From assembly GCA_963762565.1 (NCBI GenBank), contig CAVXLD010000012.1:1-64000 (forward strand): 64,000 nt of DNA, read 5' to 3'. Every line of letters starts with the position of its first letter. Positions within the stretch are counted from its first letter, which is position 1. This document shows, one piece after another, positions 63,084 through 64,000 of this stretch. The translations under genes and the position numbers were made by a program. The notes below the pieces were generated by a model that worked only from the letters and a program-made list of their open reading frames with translations, searched no databases and was not told the origin of the DNA. The DNA is from an uncultured Verrucomicrobiae bacterium (GTDB lineage Bacteria > Verrucomicrobiota > Verrucomicrobiia > Chthoniobacterales > JAFAMB01).

Positions 63084-63518
63084 ATGAAATATCGGATCCG
63101 TCCCGTCGTTGCGGAGGATGCCGCTCATCTGGTTAGCCTGGTTGCCCAGCTTGGTTATCCTGCGACGGCAGACTTTATCCTGGAGAAGTTGGATCAGCTC
63201 TCTGCGACCCCCGGAACCGAAATTCTTGTCGCCGAGGAGGAGGGTGAGGTAATCGGCCTGCTATGCTTTTCAATCCTCCCTCTCCTACACGTCAGTGGAG
63301 GCCTGGGTCGCATTAGCGCGTTAGTGGTCGCCTCTCAGTTCAAAGGGCGCGGCATCGGCAAAAGTTTAGTGGCGGAAGCGGAAGAGTTCGCTTGGGAGAA
63401 CGGTTGCGCCCGGATTGAGATCACGAGCGGCGAACACCGAGCGGATGCTCACGCCTTCTATGAAGCGGTCGGCTACACGCAAGATAGCCGGAGGTTCATC
63501 AAGCACCGGCCCGGCTAG
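63084..63518 (+). CDS. GNAT family N-acetyltransferase
   Basis: RISALVV..FKGRGIGKSLV and AHAFYEAVGY motifs. Confidence 0.9.
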   Translation: MKYRIRPVVAEDAAHLVSLVAQLGYPATADFILEKLDQLSATPGTEILVAEEEGEVIGLLCFSILPLLHVSGGLGRISALVVASQFKGRGIGKSLVAEAEEFAWENGCARIEITSGEHRADAHAFYEAVGYTQDSRRFIKHRPG

Positions 63519-63545
63519 ATACTTGCCATTCGCTCCTGTTTGAGC

Positions 63546-63941
63546 CTACGCCCTGGAACCCGCTCCGCGCAGATTCGGTTGTGGTCGTGACGACTCAACT
63601 AATCCGCCGGCTTCTAGCCAGTTCTGAAGGCCGCCCTTAAGTGAGAAAACCTTCTGGTATCCTAGCCGTCTCAGCGTCTCGGTAGCCGAAGCACAAGAGC
63701 TCCCAACCGCACAATAAATCACGATAGGCCTGTCGAACTCCCGCGCGATCTCGAGCACTTTGCTCTGTAGCGTATTCCGACCGACATGCAGCGCGCCTTC
63801 GATATGCCCGACGAGATATTCGCGTTCGTCGCGGATATCGATGACTAAAGGGTGCGGTTTCATGCGCGCCAACTGATGGGGCTCTATTTCACGAATCCCG
63901 GTTTCATGTTCCGTACGGGTTATGAGCGATAGCAGCTTCAT
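63546..63941 (-). CDS. Rhodanese-like domain protein
   Basis: VIDIRDEREY..GHIEGA, IVIYCAVG and SLKGGLQNW motifs. Confidence 0.88.
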   Translation of the reverse strand: MKLLSLITRTEHETGIREIEPHQLARMKPHPLVIDIRDEREYLVGHIEGALHVGRNTLQSKVLEIAREFDRPIVIYCAVGSSCASATETLRRLGYQKVFSLKGGLQNWLEAGGLVESSRPQPNLRGAGSRA

Positions 63942-64000
63942 CGGTATTGCCTCCGGAGGTTCGGCGCTTCGGGCCAATTTTAAAGCACCCTAGATCAGTA

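Overview
Bacterial chromosomal window, most likely Verrucomicrobiota (Chthoniobacterales-like). This is inferred from a Gloeo/Verruco repeat protein, two DUF5069 paralogs and an ADOP-type permease. Bases 1-39 kb hold ordinary accessory genes: GT4, a sugar ABC operon, nucleoside hydrolase, MarR/MFS, two LysR genes, MscS, a TonB-dependent receptor and a repeat protein. Nearly every intergenic space is filled with palindromic repeats, which are often nested inside one another. The tmRNA gene (39142-39490, tag ANQELALAA) is the insertion site of an ~18.6 kb island bounded by a 27-bp direct repeat (39464-39490 / 58026-58052). The island carries a tyrosine integrase with matching arm-type sites, an AbiEi/AbiEii toxin-antitoxin pair, an excisionase-like HTH, a phage-type rep gene with internal palindromic iterons, a Tn3 remnant, a Mn-uptake cluster (mntH, usp, DtxR/MntR-like, MnoP-like porin) and a DUF932 gene with a structured leader. 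The most unusual observation is a 30-60 bp hairpin mini-element that appears inserted into other repeats and clusters between the displaced tmRNA 3' end and a truncated GIY-YIG nuclease gene. Many single-base frameshifts may be long-read assembly errors. All family calls come from motif recognition by eye, not from database searches.
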